This document shows positions 50,970 through 64,000 of a DNA stretch of 64,000 nucleotides, piece by piece; within the stretch, counting starts at the first letter, position 1; the number at the start of each line of letters is the position of its first letter. The DNA is from Balanoglossus misakiensis. Lineage: Eukaryota > Animalia > Hemichordata. The stretch lies in assembly GCA_040954595.2 (NCBI GenBank), contig CM082587.2, forward strand, positions 5,258,206 to 5,322,205. Reading direction: 5' to 3'. The notes below the pieces were generated by a model that saw nothing but the letters and a program-made list of their open reading frames with translations, did no database searches and had not been told where the DNA came from. Position numbers and translations under genes: made by a program.

Positions 50970-53900
50970 TTATAATTCATCTTCTTCGTAGTCAGCAAAT
51001 GCCAGATCGACAGGTTTACTCGGGCCATTTCGGAAGATACCGGGTCTGATCGGAAGGGCCACGTCTTCTGCATGCTTGACGACGCTCTCCACGTTCTTGA
51101 GGAATTCTGTTCCAAACTGGCCTTCGTCTTCGGGGGCGTTCTCGTCGACGGATTTGTGGATGTTGGACACGGTCTTGGACAGATTGCCCATGTTCTCGAA
51201 CATGTCGTTTTTGAAGCCGGCCACCTCTTGCTTCAGCTGTAACATGTACGTTTCCTGTGCAGAATTTTCCTCTTCGTCGCCCTTTTTGTCGAATATGTAT
51301 CGCTTGACCAGCTCCTTCATCAATGTCTGTTTAGTTAGAAATTGAGACAATTTAGAACATTAGAACATGCAGTGTGTCTGTTTTATACCACAAGTTTACA
51401 TATTGATGACTGATGGAAAGCAATTGTGACTTATATCATTGTACTGACATAATATTTATATTGGATAACTTACCTTGTATTCCTGATCCTTTATTTCCAC
51501 TTTCAAGTTCTTTTTCTGTTCACGAAATTAAAAGAATAAAGCAAAATGAATTCCTGACCATTCATACGCAAATGGCTAGAATAAAAACTGTCTTGAATGG
51601 CATTGCTTTCTTGAATTCAGACATCAACATATTTATTTGATGCGGAAATGTAATTACATGCATTTTTGTACTGTGATCATTTGTGTCATCTTGTCACATG
51701 GCCGATCGAACGGGAATGTTGTATACATATTTGCAATCAGTAAGCATCTCACTCTTCATTAGCCGTCCAGATTTTATAGATGTGATATTACAAATCTTGT
51801 CTATGTTCATATGATGAATGGCTACACTCACTCGGTTTCTCGCCTTCTTTCCTTTCAACATTTTCGACGAGCAGAATTCTTGAATCGTTCCATAAGAAGG
51901 TATCAAGTTGAAGGGAGGCGACAGCGAGGAAGATTCCTCGTAGTAACTCATCCACAACGTCGATCTCGCAAACTTCCACTGGATATCAGAATCGTCCTGA
52001 GGAGAAATGTGCATGAGTTATTTTTGTTTTAATCCGTGGGGGAGCTGTTGAACTTAGATCCCAAACGTATTTTTGGAAAGGGGGAATAAGATGTTATGCA
52101 ATAATACTCATTAAACATTAATCACTCCCGTGTATGTCATGAATTACTGGAGAGACTATTTTTGTACCGATGTCTGTCTGCATATCTGCATTTTACTCGG
52201 TACGTCGAGATATATGATTTACACACATATTTATTCCATTTAACATAAATGCAAGTGACCATATTTACGACCCATCCCCGGAAAGAATTTCGTGACGCAT
52301 TGCACACACGAGCATCGTAACCGACCATAACTCTTCACTGGGCAAGCACAAATATGCGGCAATTTGCAGTGCCTATTGGGTTTAAATTGATGAATAACGC
52401 ACAAGGCAATTCGGTATTCCGTTAAAAACTGAGTCAGAAACCAGGAAGTCGACTAACCTGAAGTGTACCATTTATTAAGTACATGGCTAAAAGCAGTAAT
52501 GGCTATAAAATAGTCCCGTCCAGTCCACCTCGCTAATATAGTTCGGGACACTAAACTCAAACATTACCGATTCCATTCATTACGGGACAGACGTGTGGGG
52601 GGAATGGGGAACACGGTCATAATTTGCAAATAAAAACATGTTTCGAAAGAGGGCCACATTTCACAGACAACGACAGTCGAGAGACCCCCCCCCCCCCGGC
52701 GATTCCCTCCGACCCATTTCCCATTGTAGCAACTGAATCCCTCCGCCTACCTCAATCCTCGTGTATGTGTTGCTCATCATCGCAATCAAGATGTTCAGCA
52801 GGGCCACGATGGCAATCAGCTGGTACAGCGCAAAGAGGAAGTAACCGAAGAGCTCCGTCACCCAGTGGTTGAGGATGGTGATCTCCAGCGTTTCTATGGG
52901 AGTCATGCCGAACAGAGACCAAAACAGGCTCATGAGAGCCGCCTGGAAACTGAGGTGAGGGAAAACACTGACGTTAACAACACAACACATTAATTTGCAT
53001 GTCTGCTATAGATTTCGTCTGACACCTGTCTGTGCACCACCTGCACGTGGACATTCCCTTCTTTGTTATGTTAACCTGATGTTGTTATGTAAACAACAGG
53101 CTGAAGAAGGTATTACTATGCCATCTGACACAATTGAGTGTTCCAGGTGCACGTTTGTACTTGCTGTGCTGGAATTACTTTTCAGACGGCGAAATACTAG
53201 ACTTACTCTTTGTACGGAATCTTACACCTGGGTTCTCCATGGCTGATGCAATCGTATAACAGGTCCGCCGTGTAGAAATTGTACAGTTCGCTCATTCCAA
53301 CGGAAAACGCCACAAGGATCAAGCTGAAGAGAACGAGGAACTTGACAATGTCGCCTCCCATTCTCCCAAACGAGATCTGCATGGGTCCTATCTGCAAGTG
53401 CACGACGGTCATGCGCGCCACGCCCAGGAAGCTGAACACCTTCGCGATGGCAATGAAGCCCGTCCCAATCAGTATAGGATGCGTGGCTGACAGCGAGGAC
53501 ATTGTTGTCTGGTTCCTGCTGACGTAAGGAGTCCCGGCAGTGCCCTGTTTGGCACTGCCACCGATCTTGACCCTAGCTGGCGCCCTTTTCGCTCTGTGTC
53601 CTGCCGAACCCGTACCTGTGGCGTACTCGTCTCCCCGGAAGTTGGGCAGCACCTCTCCGAGCTGATTTTGAATCCGGGTTTCCTCTTGTTGAAGCTCCTC
53701 TAGTCTGCTGAGAAGCCCCTGAACGGTTTCTGGAGTTCCATCGTACACCACACTGACATTGATGGCCTTGCTAGTTTCCAGCGGGTGATATACAGTAACG
53801 GAGGGGGACATCATAATAGAATCGTTCTGTATCACAGCATGCTCCAATTCTATTTTTGGCTCCAAAGCTGTCTGTAGGACAAAACAGACACAAGATAAGA

Positions 53901-56900
53901 CAGTTTGACGCTATATGCAAGACATGAATGTACAATTCAAGGTCTCAATATCTGAGCTTTCGTATCAGTGGCAACAAATCGACTGCACGATTCTTTTCCC
54001 GCTAAATCTCTTACCTGCCAGATGACGTATAATCGACAAAGAAGCCATGCCCAGTACAGCGCCAGTGTTATAATGTCGAATGCCTTCCCTTCCATGTTTT
54101 CTGTGAACATCGCAACCCCTTTGTTGACAACCAGGCTTACTTCCTTCCACGTCATCGCTGTTGAACATTCGCAAAAGAAAAGACAATAAATGACATTCAG
54201 AGCTACTAATGTTAGGCTCTAGTGCCCACGTGTTGCGTGTTCACCTGCCAAGCTGTTTGATCGACTTGCAAGATAAATTTTGACCAAAGGCACATTTTAA
54301 TGAATGAAAAAATCGGTGCAACTGACCTAGCAAGAACAGCACGATTAGCCATTCCCACACAGACAGCGTGACGTTAACTCCAGCAACATCATCGTCTGCG
54401 TCGTCCTCCCTAACTTCCGAGTTGCTGAACGTCACGAAGTGGGCCACCAGCAGAGCCAGGAAGGTGAGCTGGGAGGCGGCGTGGCACAGGTACCTGACGT
54501 AGGGCGTGTTGAGATACGCCCCCGGCCGAATCTTGCGCGACACGACGTAGCTGGCGCTGACCAGCGGGAAGCACAGCATCACGAGCATGGAGAGGAGCAG
54601 TCTCCTGGTCGATGCCATGCGCCGCCAGCTTTCAAGGCCGTGGTACCACCTCTCCACCAGGCTTTGCTGGCAGTGTGGGTGGGCCACGAACTGGAAAAGG
54701 AACGATGAAAATCAGGTTTTCACAAATGATGTGGACTACAGAAACAAGGATGGTCGACATCTTTAAATTATGCAAATTAGCTAATGATAAATGGCAACAT
54801 TTGTCTACAGCTTGTATAAAACATTTGAGTCTTCTTACAAGCCTGGCACTCAGTTCACCAGATTAGCAACGGTCAGTATGGTCAAAGGTATCAGTACATT
54901 TAATAGTAAAAAAATATATGGGTGACACCCAACACGTACATGCACGTACCACACCCTCCAATATTTGCCTTTTAAAACGCAAATACTAAAATCCAATTAT
55001 TTTTGAACATTAAGTAATAAACTCAATTTCCTCGCTAATTGGTAAATTATTCTATACCATCCGGTGCGTTGTGTACCAATTTGCCGCCGGAAGACAGAGT
55101 TAGTTTATTTGTCCTGCCAAGTGATGCGAATTTAATGTCACCTTATCCGGGCAATCGTGCATGTATGTTATTTTCCAAGGTTAGTTTGACACGGTGCCCG
55201 CGGTACATCCGTCATCCTCTGAGGCTCCACGTTATGACCCTTTCAACCGTGGAACGACGGGTTTCCAATGCTGCTTGACGCGTTTGCGAGGTTTTGGAAG
55301 GTGCACGTACGAGCCCCCAACTCTGCATACATAGGCATAGCCACGTTTTCCACAAACGTACCCAGTTTCTCTAGTTCGAGTCAGTACTGTACAACATGTA
55401 TTTTCACGAACCGATGAAGGTTATGAAAAGTTAGCGACAGTTGGTGTTTTAATGAGTCAATAATGGGTTCTATCTTAGTAATGACACGGTCATTATCGGC
55501 GTGATATTTGAGACAGAAATCATTTATTAAAGAGTGCGATGGCCACATCTAACAGGAAAAGACGAAAACCAAAAATACAGGGGACGTGAAAATTGCGAGA
55601 TCGCATTTTACCGTAACTTCATGTGAATTAGCCTAAATCCGATTTCTGAAGCTATTTAGACACGAAAAAGTAAGTAAGGCCAATCCGAACCAGACTTCGC
55701 ATGCTCTCGCTATACTCTATTAGTACAATGACCCATCAAACATCATGATTTTTCAACTCTAAATATATCTAGTTTTATTTATTGCAATTTATTTCGTTAA
55801 TTACTGCTCTCAGGCTTTTTGATACATTAAGGCGCCATAAGCAAAAGCATGGCACCAATATATGTGAAGACTGGCAAGGGTAAACAACATACATGTCCAT
55901 TGGATGTACACCTTCTGTTTGTATTAACGATTAACTTAATAGAAAGGTCCAGCTGTCGTGGAAATATTACCAGCATATAAAAACAATAGTAGAACTAGTT
56001 ATTTTCGATCTGCCTAGCCTAGCAGTGCGCACACTCGTGATTTCTAAATTTAGGACATCATTTCTATTTCTCATACTATACTGGTTGCTTCATCTCAGAT
56101 CATTGCACCGAACATCTGAGACCTTCCAAAAGTGCACGGATAATATGCGTCGCTCACCGAAACTTGATTGTGAATGATCGCTGTCAAAGGGACACTTTCC
56201 TATAATTATGGAAATTTTAAACCACAAAACATTCCAACCGGTACCGACCGGCTCACTCTGTGGAAGCCAGGTGGTCAGTTCAGTTAGACGCAGATGTCGT
56301 CTGCGTACATGTAAATTCTCGAGATTTTTGTTCACGCAATCCCCGTATCTCGAAAGCCAACTAAAGTACGTGTGACTTGGCGTGTTGTCTACTCCACACC
56401 CACGGGGCGAACATCTATACATGCACCCATTCAGTTTGTCGCCAACAGGTGTACTAGTAATACCCGCGTCATTTTTAATGTATAGACGTTGATGATGTTT
56501 ATCTGGCTGGCGGGAATTGCCATAGTCACCCAGAATGCAAGGCGGGTGACGGTCGGTCGACGCTGCCTTCCGAGCGAACTGGGTGCAAGATCGAATGACG
56601 CTTGCTTTCAAACCTGCAAGATGCAACCCCAGTCCTGCTGACTACAGCAAGGAACATGAAACTTTTATTAGAAGTTAATGATGCTGTCGCTGGGAACGAC
56701 GTTCACAGTACTGCTGTCATACATTCTGATAGTAACCCCGCCCCAGGCCTTTCTGATGCCCTTAAACTTTTTTCTATTGAGCACTTGTTTTCGCGAATCG
56801 TGCGGATAAACATAGGCGTATGCGATTCTTGAAACAAAAACATGTGAACAAAAAATTAAAATGCGGGAGTATACTGTTTATATTCATCACTGGTGATCAC

Positions 56901-59900
56901 GACGATCTATTTTTAGAAATACTGGTACATGTATATGTTTTTTTTAATAAATATTCAACGCTTTGCCGTGCATGCTGAATGTAAATGCTGTTCACAGCGC
57001 CAGAGATAATTGGACGTCCTCTTGGAATAATAATTATTACTATTTCGTGCGCGTCCATACGTGCATTGAAGAGCCGTATCCCAAAGTGACTCACCGAATG
57101 ACTGTGATAAATCGTGCACTTGTGGCCGTAATCCTCAGATGAGCTCCCTCGACTATAAAGAAACCCACACTGCCCCGTAAATCTTTCCCATTGCTGAGTG
57201 CGGAAAGCTTATAAATCTCCATCTTCAATTTGTTTTGATAAACCACCGCGCGACGCTGTCCTTTTTTTTCAGCGGGAGCGACATGTGGCTGCATGCCGAT
57301 TTTTGAAAAATCGAACAGATGTTTTTTTTTTTCACTCTCTCGCATTGTCCAAACGTTTCACAATGGCTTTCTGAGTCGATAATTAATTGTCAATGAAAAT
57401 GGAATGTTGACAAATGGAACAGCCAATAAAACTGTGTCAAAAGAGACTGAACATGAGATATTTTTACTACCGCTGAACAGACGACAATATTCGAACATAT
57501 TCAGAGCTATGGCGGAAAGGGGGTTGTTAAAGACACCATATTGAAGAGAATTCCTTGGTGTGACCTCAACGATCTGTTATTAAGGAAGAGCGCCTGTAAC
57601 TTTTGATAAATGTTTTAGTACCGTCGTTCTGTGTATCAACAATGTACTGGTCTACACTATAAATGCACGATGAAATATAGTGTTGTCAATTGAATCCAGT
57701 CTCGGGCATAAATTCCAATTTTAGAAACAATGATGACGACTTATTATATAGGCTGGCTACGTCGACTTGTTGAAGACAGGATATTTCAATTCCTTTCGAG
57801 GCAAATGTTACATGATGTCACATCCGGTTTCCCTTGCATTCGATTTTAAAGAAACAGAACTGCCCACGCCGACACTTTTACAGAACAACACATTTTGAGC
57901 GGAAATAATAAAAAAAAAGGTTTTTAATATACTTTCAAACCCGACCTCGATGTAAATTAAGGCAGTACACGCAATATTTGTTTCACATTTTCAACAAACT
58001 ATATCCGGAAGCTCACCTGTTTCTGGTCGTATTTAATGGCCGCCTTCACTTTGAAAGGCTCTTTGAAGTTCCCGCGGAAGCTGTCGTTCGACCACTCTTT
58101 CAGGTCGTGCGTCAGAACGATGTTCTGCTCTTTGGAGTTGCGCACGTAGTCCAGCAGCTCGGCGGCGAACTCCTCGCAGCTCTCGGCCATGTGCGTGTAC
58201 TGGGCGCGGAATTCGAAGTCGGTCTCGCTGAGCCTCTTCATCTTTCTGCTCAGTTTGAACGCCGCCTCCAGCGGGTCCTCGTTGGTCAAGCAGATGCAGG
58301 CCACGGCGGTGAGGGCCCTGAAGACGTTGATCCTGCCCACTGAATGCTCCAGCGTAAACTCCTCCGTCGCAAAACGGCAGAGATCCGGGTCCTTGATGGT
58401 GGCCCCGTGCTCAAGAAGTGTTTTCAGAATGTCGAATTGGTTGCGTTGGGCTGCCAGCACTGCCGGAGTCATATCAGGATGAAAATCGCCATTCAGAGAG
58501 TGACAATACAAGCCAGCCTGAAAACAAAGAGTTTTTCATTATAATGTCCCATAGTTTTGAACTAGAAGCTTCGTTTTATTTATTGAATGATGGCGGAAAA
58601 ACTGGTACCACATGGATCGTTAAATGGGACATATTTTTCAAAGTAAAGTCAATTTACCGTTTATGATGAATTTACAATGCGTCAACGTTTTCACACGAAG
58701 CGATTATAAAATGAGCAGACGGCAGATATTAAACGACCGCCAATGGACACAAAAACCCCGGGGAACTAAGATCGTAAAACCTGTCTCTTTAGAGTTTGGA
58801 ACTTTTTCCAATCGATATGTCTCTAATAATTATCTCGTTGAGGAAGAAGCCGGAACAAACCGCCTTTTTATCGTCTCAAAGAAAGGCATACCGACACCCA
58901 TCACCTGTTTTCCTGGCCGACAAACATATCAACATATTGAACGTGAAAACTTTTATGTTTTTCATCGCATGGACTGGTTTCCTGCTATTTGAAGAGAACG
59001 GTGGTTTAAGCATCTTTAGGCAGAGTCGACTGAAGCAGATTTTCATATTGATTTCTGTGTTATATTTTTTTTCATAAAAATCAACCCTCGATATACCACA
59101 CGCGAGCTGAATTCGAAATTGCTTCATACCTTGCGCCAGGAATGACAGAGTCGTGACAACACTATAATGACTTTCAATGCCGCTACTTCAAAACGTTTTG
59201 TGCATGCTATATATAGAGAGACTAACAGGCCTATACAAGTGTTTGACCGGAAATTCCATTTTGATCATTGACACATTCTTTGCCGCATCGACAAACGTGT
59301 CGTCTTTATTCTACTCAAAATACAACAGATTCAAGCTGTGGGCGGTTGAAAACAAAGGACATGCTTGTCCTCAATTTCCCCCACAAAGCCTGCCGCGGTG
59401 TAATCGCTTTTCGAAAAAAATGTCGTAAAATTTTCATTGTCCTGACTTACTCGCGGAAATATCGGTATTTCTGATGAATTAAAACAATTTTACATTTACC
59501 CATTTCAAGCCTGTTGAGTTTAAATATGCAAATAAGTACCACTGCGTCCCTGAAAATTTGTTACCATTTGTTTCCTATTGGCTAATAGGCTACCGTGAGA
59601 TTAATACGTCACACGCGATCATCATGATGATTGACATTATTATATTAATTTCCGATTCGAGACAAACACCACAAATGAAACATATGTTTTGACGACAGCG
59701 TAAGAAAAAAAATCTACAAAGTCAGAATTTCACAAACAGCTCGGTGTTATCATATAAGCGTTTCTCTGCGCGATGGGGGAATTTGATGGTTTTATAGTCT
59801 TGATAATATGGTTGAAGAGCGTGTCGAAAAGTTTCCCTTTACAAGCGGCGCAAGATGATAATGCACGCCATTTTTATTGTAAGGGATGTCAAAATCTGAT

Positions 59901-61686
59901 CGGGACAAACAAGCCGAAGATTTGACAACCTTTCGCGTATCTGAAATCTGTCTCCAAGGCCCACTCGAACGTCAGGCGTGTCTCTTGTTACCCATGAATC
60001 ATTGCAAGCGGCCATTTTCTTCCGTTCTGAGCAGCGCAATCCGTTTTCATTGTACACTAAAACGGCGTGTATGAATTATTCTGTTTATTACAGTTATGTA
60101 AAATGTTTTATGTGAGAATAAATCATTAATGTCTCGGTTATCCTCAGTTTCATCGCTCTAATGCGTCCCTGTGGAATAACAGTGGGGAATATTTTGACTT
60201 ACCGGAAGCTCTTTTCTGGAATCAAGGGTTTTGCATATAGCCGTGACAGCTGGCAAAGACTGGGCGTTGACCGCTCGCAGAAGGATGTCTCCCAGCACAA
60301 CTCTCTTGTTGTCCAGAACAAGATCCATCATTTCTGTTTTAAAAAACAAACAAACCAAAACAATGTAATATTATACATATTATACGCATAGGGAACTAAA
60401 CAGCACGATCCAACGGGGGGGGGGGGGGGGGGGGAGGGTGATCTCTTTGAGTCTGGTGTCAAGAATTCAAGACTATTTAATTGCTATACTTTTGAGTCTC
60501 AATGAGGTTTCCATGATTTGCAAAGATTCCATTCAACAAAAATTGACAGTAGGAATAAAATTATTTCATGTCTCTCAGATAAAATGTCGCTGTTGACGAA
60601 CGTGTTGGAACAATTCTCCGGCGAATCCTTCGGCGATGGCACGAAAATTCAGCCTAGTGTACGTGCGCGTCCGAGATGTATATTTTAACAGGGGTTTATC
60701 TGCACTGTTGCAAACTGACACCTTCGCCCATTGTTTCATTTCACAGCTGGAACATGATTTGGAGAATTTACTGGTTTAGAGTCAACATCCGCATACATCA
60801 AATGTTTACGCATGCGTATTGTGGGCGACACTTCAGCTTTCATGGAACAGTTCAGTCATCTTTTTATCCCGAGTAGCATTCGTTTCCAGGTGCGTGAAAC
60901 AGAAGATGTCGTGTGGTTATTTTTAATACATGTTAAGTCAACAGATGGCATTTAATAGAAGATTCATCAGTCATGCCTATACCGGGGATTGGGCATTATA
61001 AATTGTCTACTAAATTTATATCGTTTGTCTTGTTCGCGACGTGCATGTTGGGAGTATGGTCCTCTTTTTGTGATTTTGTTGCGTTTCTGCGTGGTTTTAT
61101 TTAGTAATTTTTAATTTCACTGTTGGGCTGTGTCTCCCTCCATGAAGTCTTGGTCGCCTTCCTTTATAGACCAGAATAGTCCATAGAATCCCCGTAGAAA
61201 GGTGTACGGGTATGTGCCGCCAAGGCGGGCCACACTTTTCACGAAAGAATCCTAAACATGCGTCGACTTTTCACCCGAAAAAATTCTAAGCATGGATCAA
61301 TAACATAGGAAATGTTCCATTCTAAAACAGAAAAACGACAATTAATGATCTAAAATACTCAAATTTTGACTACAAATCTCCAACGACGGGTTAGGTTTTG
61401 AGGTATACCTGTGTTGACATTTTCAAATTGGGTCGCACGTGACCCCCGTATGAGTATAGTGGGTGTACCCCCCCCCCCTCCAAGGTATAACGGTTTCCCA
61501 GCAGGGATACTCACCGATGCTGCGACTGTCTAAAGCCAGCATCAGGGCTGTCTTTCCTTCCTCGTCGCGACAGTTGACATCGAAAAGGTCTGCGTGGTCG
61601 AGGACGAGCAGCATCGCCTTCTTTTCTCCCTTCTCGGCGGCCGAAAGATACATCTCCTCGAGCATACGCCTTGCTTCTGCCGCCAT
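50970..61686 (-). CDS. TRPC-family (short transient receptor potential)-like cation channel, 10 exons, about 912 aa
   Basis: Exons 61515-61686, 60203-60333, 58017-58517, 54327-54690, 54015-54157, 53207-53871, 52751-52949, 51832-51996, 51474-51515, 50970-51326. Motifs: ankyrin ([40 protein letters not shown]), [34 protein letters not shown], pore [23 protein letters not shown] box [10 protein letters not shown], and a C-terminal coiled coil. Confidence 0.92.
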
Positions 61687-62088
61687 GACTGCCTTTTTTG
61701 TTCAGACAAAACTCTTACGTATTGGTATTGGTACTGTATATACTATATGGACGCACATGGGCGCAGCGCGCGTGTAGTGTGTCAGCTAACTCGAATGTCG
61801 ATGGGCGGGGTATATTTATACCGATGTCCTAATTTACATAACAATGTTTTAAGGACATGACAATTTAAGCTCATGCGGCAGTTTCATGTTTTACAGTGAA
61901 GCGAAGTAAATATTCTCGCTTGTCGCATTGATATTAATCCTGCCTACTCGGCTGCGCAGATGGAAATTTATTTTCCTGAATTAACGGGAATTGAGGAGGT
62001 CGTTGGCACTGCACTAAACTGTCAATTGGGACCTATGTTATTCCGATCGCGATTAAGTCAAGTGCACTCGGTCACGTAGGACTGAAAA

Positions 62089-62276
62089 ACATACATACAT
62101 ACATACATACATACATACATACATACATACATACATACATACATACATACATACATACATACATACATGCATGCATGCATGCATGCATGCATGCATGCAT
62201 ACATGCATACATACATGCATACATACATACATACATACATACATACATACATACATACATACATACATACATACAT

Positions 62277-62330
<54 letters not shown>
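62089..62330. repeat. Compound microsatellite (CATA)n(CATG)n(CATA)n(CAGA)n
   Basis: Seen directly. Confidence 0.97.
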
Positions 62331-62786
62331 GTCGTTCTCGAGCTCAGAACAGCGCACTCAAGCTCTTCAGATTGCATCACTCGGTACCGTTCCAACAAGG
62401 TACAGGACAAATGACCTATTCATTCTTTGAACGTTTACCAGGCTTATACATACTAGTAGTCTGCCGCTGGCAGCAGGACAAGGAGCATTGGCGCTGCGCT
62501 CCGTCCAACCGCTAGTGGCGCACGAGGTCTGGAAATCGATATTAATCGAAATATAACAGCTTTGAGGGCGGAATGCTCACATTCAAGACAATGTCCCAAT
62601 TTAGATTTCAACTTTGGACTTTAGATAGAATGCAATTAACTCAGAATAGCTGTGATTCAACAATGTTATTCATTTGTTGAGTTCCTTTGTCTGCTGTGAT
62701 TACAGGTGTGGTTAGTTACAAGCTGTGTTTTTGGGTTTTACAGAACTATTTTCGTATCATGTGTGTGTCTGTGCCTGCTGGCGTTG

Positions 62787-62950
62787 AGTTGCGTTGCGTT
62801 GTGTTATGTTGTGTTGTGTTGTGTTGTGTTGCGTTGCGTTGCGTTGCGTTGCGTTGCGTTGCGTTGCGTTGTGTTGTGTTGTGTTGTGTTGCGTTGTGTT
62901 GTGTTGTGTTGTGCTGTGTTGTGTTGTGTTGTGTTGTGCTGTGTTGTGCT
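62787..62950. repeat. Pentanucleotide microsatellite (GTTGT/GTTGC)n
   Basis: Seen directly. Confidence 0.97.
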
Positions 62951-63420
62951 GAAAATTAGTATGCAGGTTTCTAGGGGTGACAAAGTAAAGTTTGTTCAAA
63001 TTATGGTGAAATTAGCATATGAGTATTTGTGTCATTTTGAATTATAAAATCTTCTCTGAAACTGTTTGTCCGATGTCTCTGAAATTTGGTATGGAAATCC
63101 TAGAGGTGACCTAAGTCAGATTTGTTCAAATTGTGGCAGAATCTACTATAGTGTATTTTGGGGCAATTGCCTTTTTGGTCAAAATATTCTCAGAATCCAT
63201 TTGTCCGATTCCCTTGCAATTTGGTATGCAGATCTATAGGGGTGATCTAAGTGACAGTTGTTCAAATAATAACATAATGCTGTACTGTATTATTACGAAA
63301 AAAATTATTATTAAAAAGTCTTCAAAAATTATCACAAAATGCATGTGTTCTTAAATTTTTGTGTGAAGGTCCCTGGGTTTATCTATGTCAAATTCTGAAA
63401 TTGTGACGAAATTTGAGTTA
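62950..63420 (+). mobile_element. Non-autonomous repeat with about four internal subrepeats of roughly 120-130 bp (HINE/DINE-1-like)
   Basis: Recurrent unit TTCTCTGAAAC..TTGTCCGAT...AATTTGGTATG...CTAGGGGTGA..TAAGT....TTGTTCAAATT at about 62950, 63050, 63190 and 63320, following a microsatellite. Confidence 0.55.
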
Positions 63421-64000
63421 CTGTACAGCATCGCAAAATATCGCTATTGAGAAATTTCTGTTCAAATCCAACGTATTATTATTATTATTTAAATTGACAT
63501 GTGAATCCCTCTCTAAGCGAAATTTCCATAGCTATGCTAATGAATATTTTAAAATAGGATATAGGATATTTTCAGCCCCAGAATGGTTCATTTTGACCTA
63601 AATAACCATAGTAGCGACATTTTCATTTCAATCCAAGCTACTTTTGATGGAAATTTGGAGAAAAAAACGTACTTTTAATCCCAAAATAGTTGCCATAGAA
63701 ACACAAGTCCTCAAAACGGACATCATTTCGATCTTTTTGTGCCAAGATACTCCTATTGTGAAATTTTCGTGGAAATCGGACCTTTTATTATAAAATTGTT
63801 ATTTTATTTAACTCTGTACATTTATTTAATTAGGCCCTATTTAATTATTAATAACAACAACAATGCACGGACTTTGGGAAGGGTCACTTCTTTCCGTGAA
63901 TTACATGTAGCATAGAGAGGGTCACTATTGTTCACGATTGCAAACGAACATCCATCAGCCCTCCCCTCAGTATTAATTCTGTCCAGCCCCTAAATGTAAA

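Noticed and set aside
50970-50984. C-terminal EDEL resembling an ER-retrieval signal
   Set aside because: The TRP C-terminus is cytosolic, so KDEL-receptor retrieval would not apply.
56090-56626. 178-aa ORF in a TRPC intron
   Set aside because: No recognisable domain or ATG context; cannot be supported as a gene or transposase.
1-64000. CRISPR arrays, rRNA, tRNA or prokaryotic operons
   Set aside because: None seen; the window is spliceosomal-intron-containing animal DNA and its repeats are microsatellites or hairpin elements.

Overview
Eukaryotic, intron-rich genomic DNA from a marine invertebrate deuterostome. A hemichordate/ambulacrarian origin is inferred from the gene content and repeats, not proven. 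Left to right: (1) a >12 kb first intron and exon 1 of laminin gamma-1 (minus strand); (2) a complete 30-coding-exon DHX9/RNA helicase A gene (minus) directly upstream of it; (3) three tandem ST8Sia-type sialyltransferase genes (plus), the first lacking the catalytic His; (4) an 11-exon secreted protein (minus) with three Cys-rich repeats and two bacterial-type Zn D-Ala-D-Ala peptidase (M15/LAS-like) domains, whose second intron hides a decayed DUF6973/Wnt-core-like reading frame and a hairpin MITE; (5) a divergent 10-exon TRPC-like channel (minus); and (6) microsatellites and non-autonomous repeats. The most striking signal is the oversized DHX9 intron (20645-21596). It contains a 69-nt candidate poison exon whose two splice sites both lie in nested inverted repeats that extend by G-U pairs only on the DHX9 sense strand, a candidate helicase-sensing autoregulatory RNA switch. 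All exon boundaries were read by eye from GT-AG sites and frame continuity; no searches or folding programs were run.
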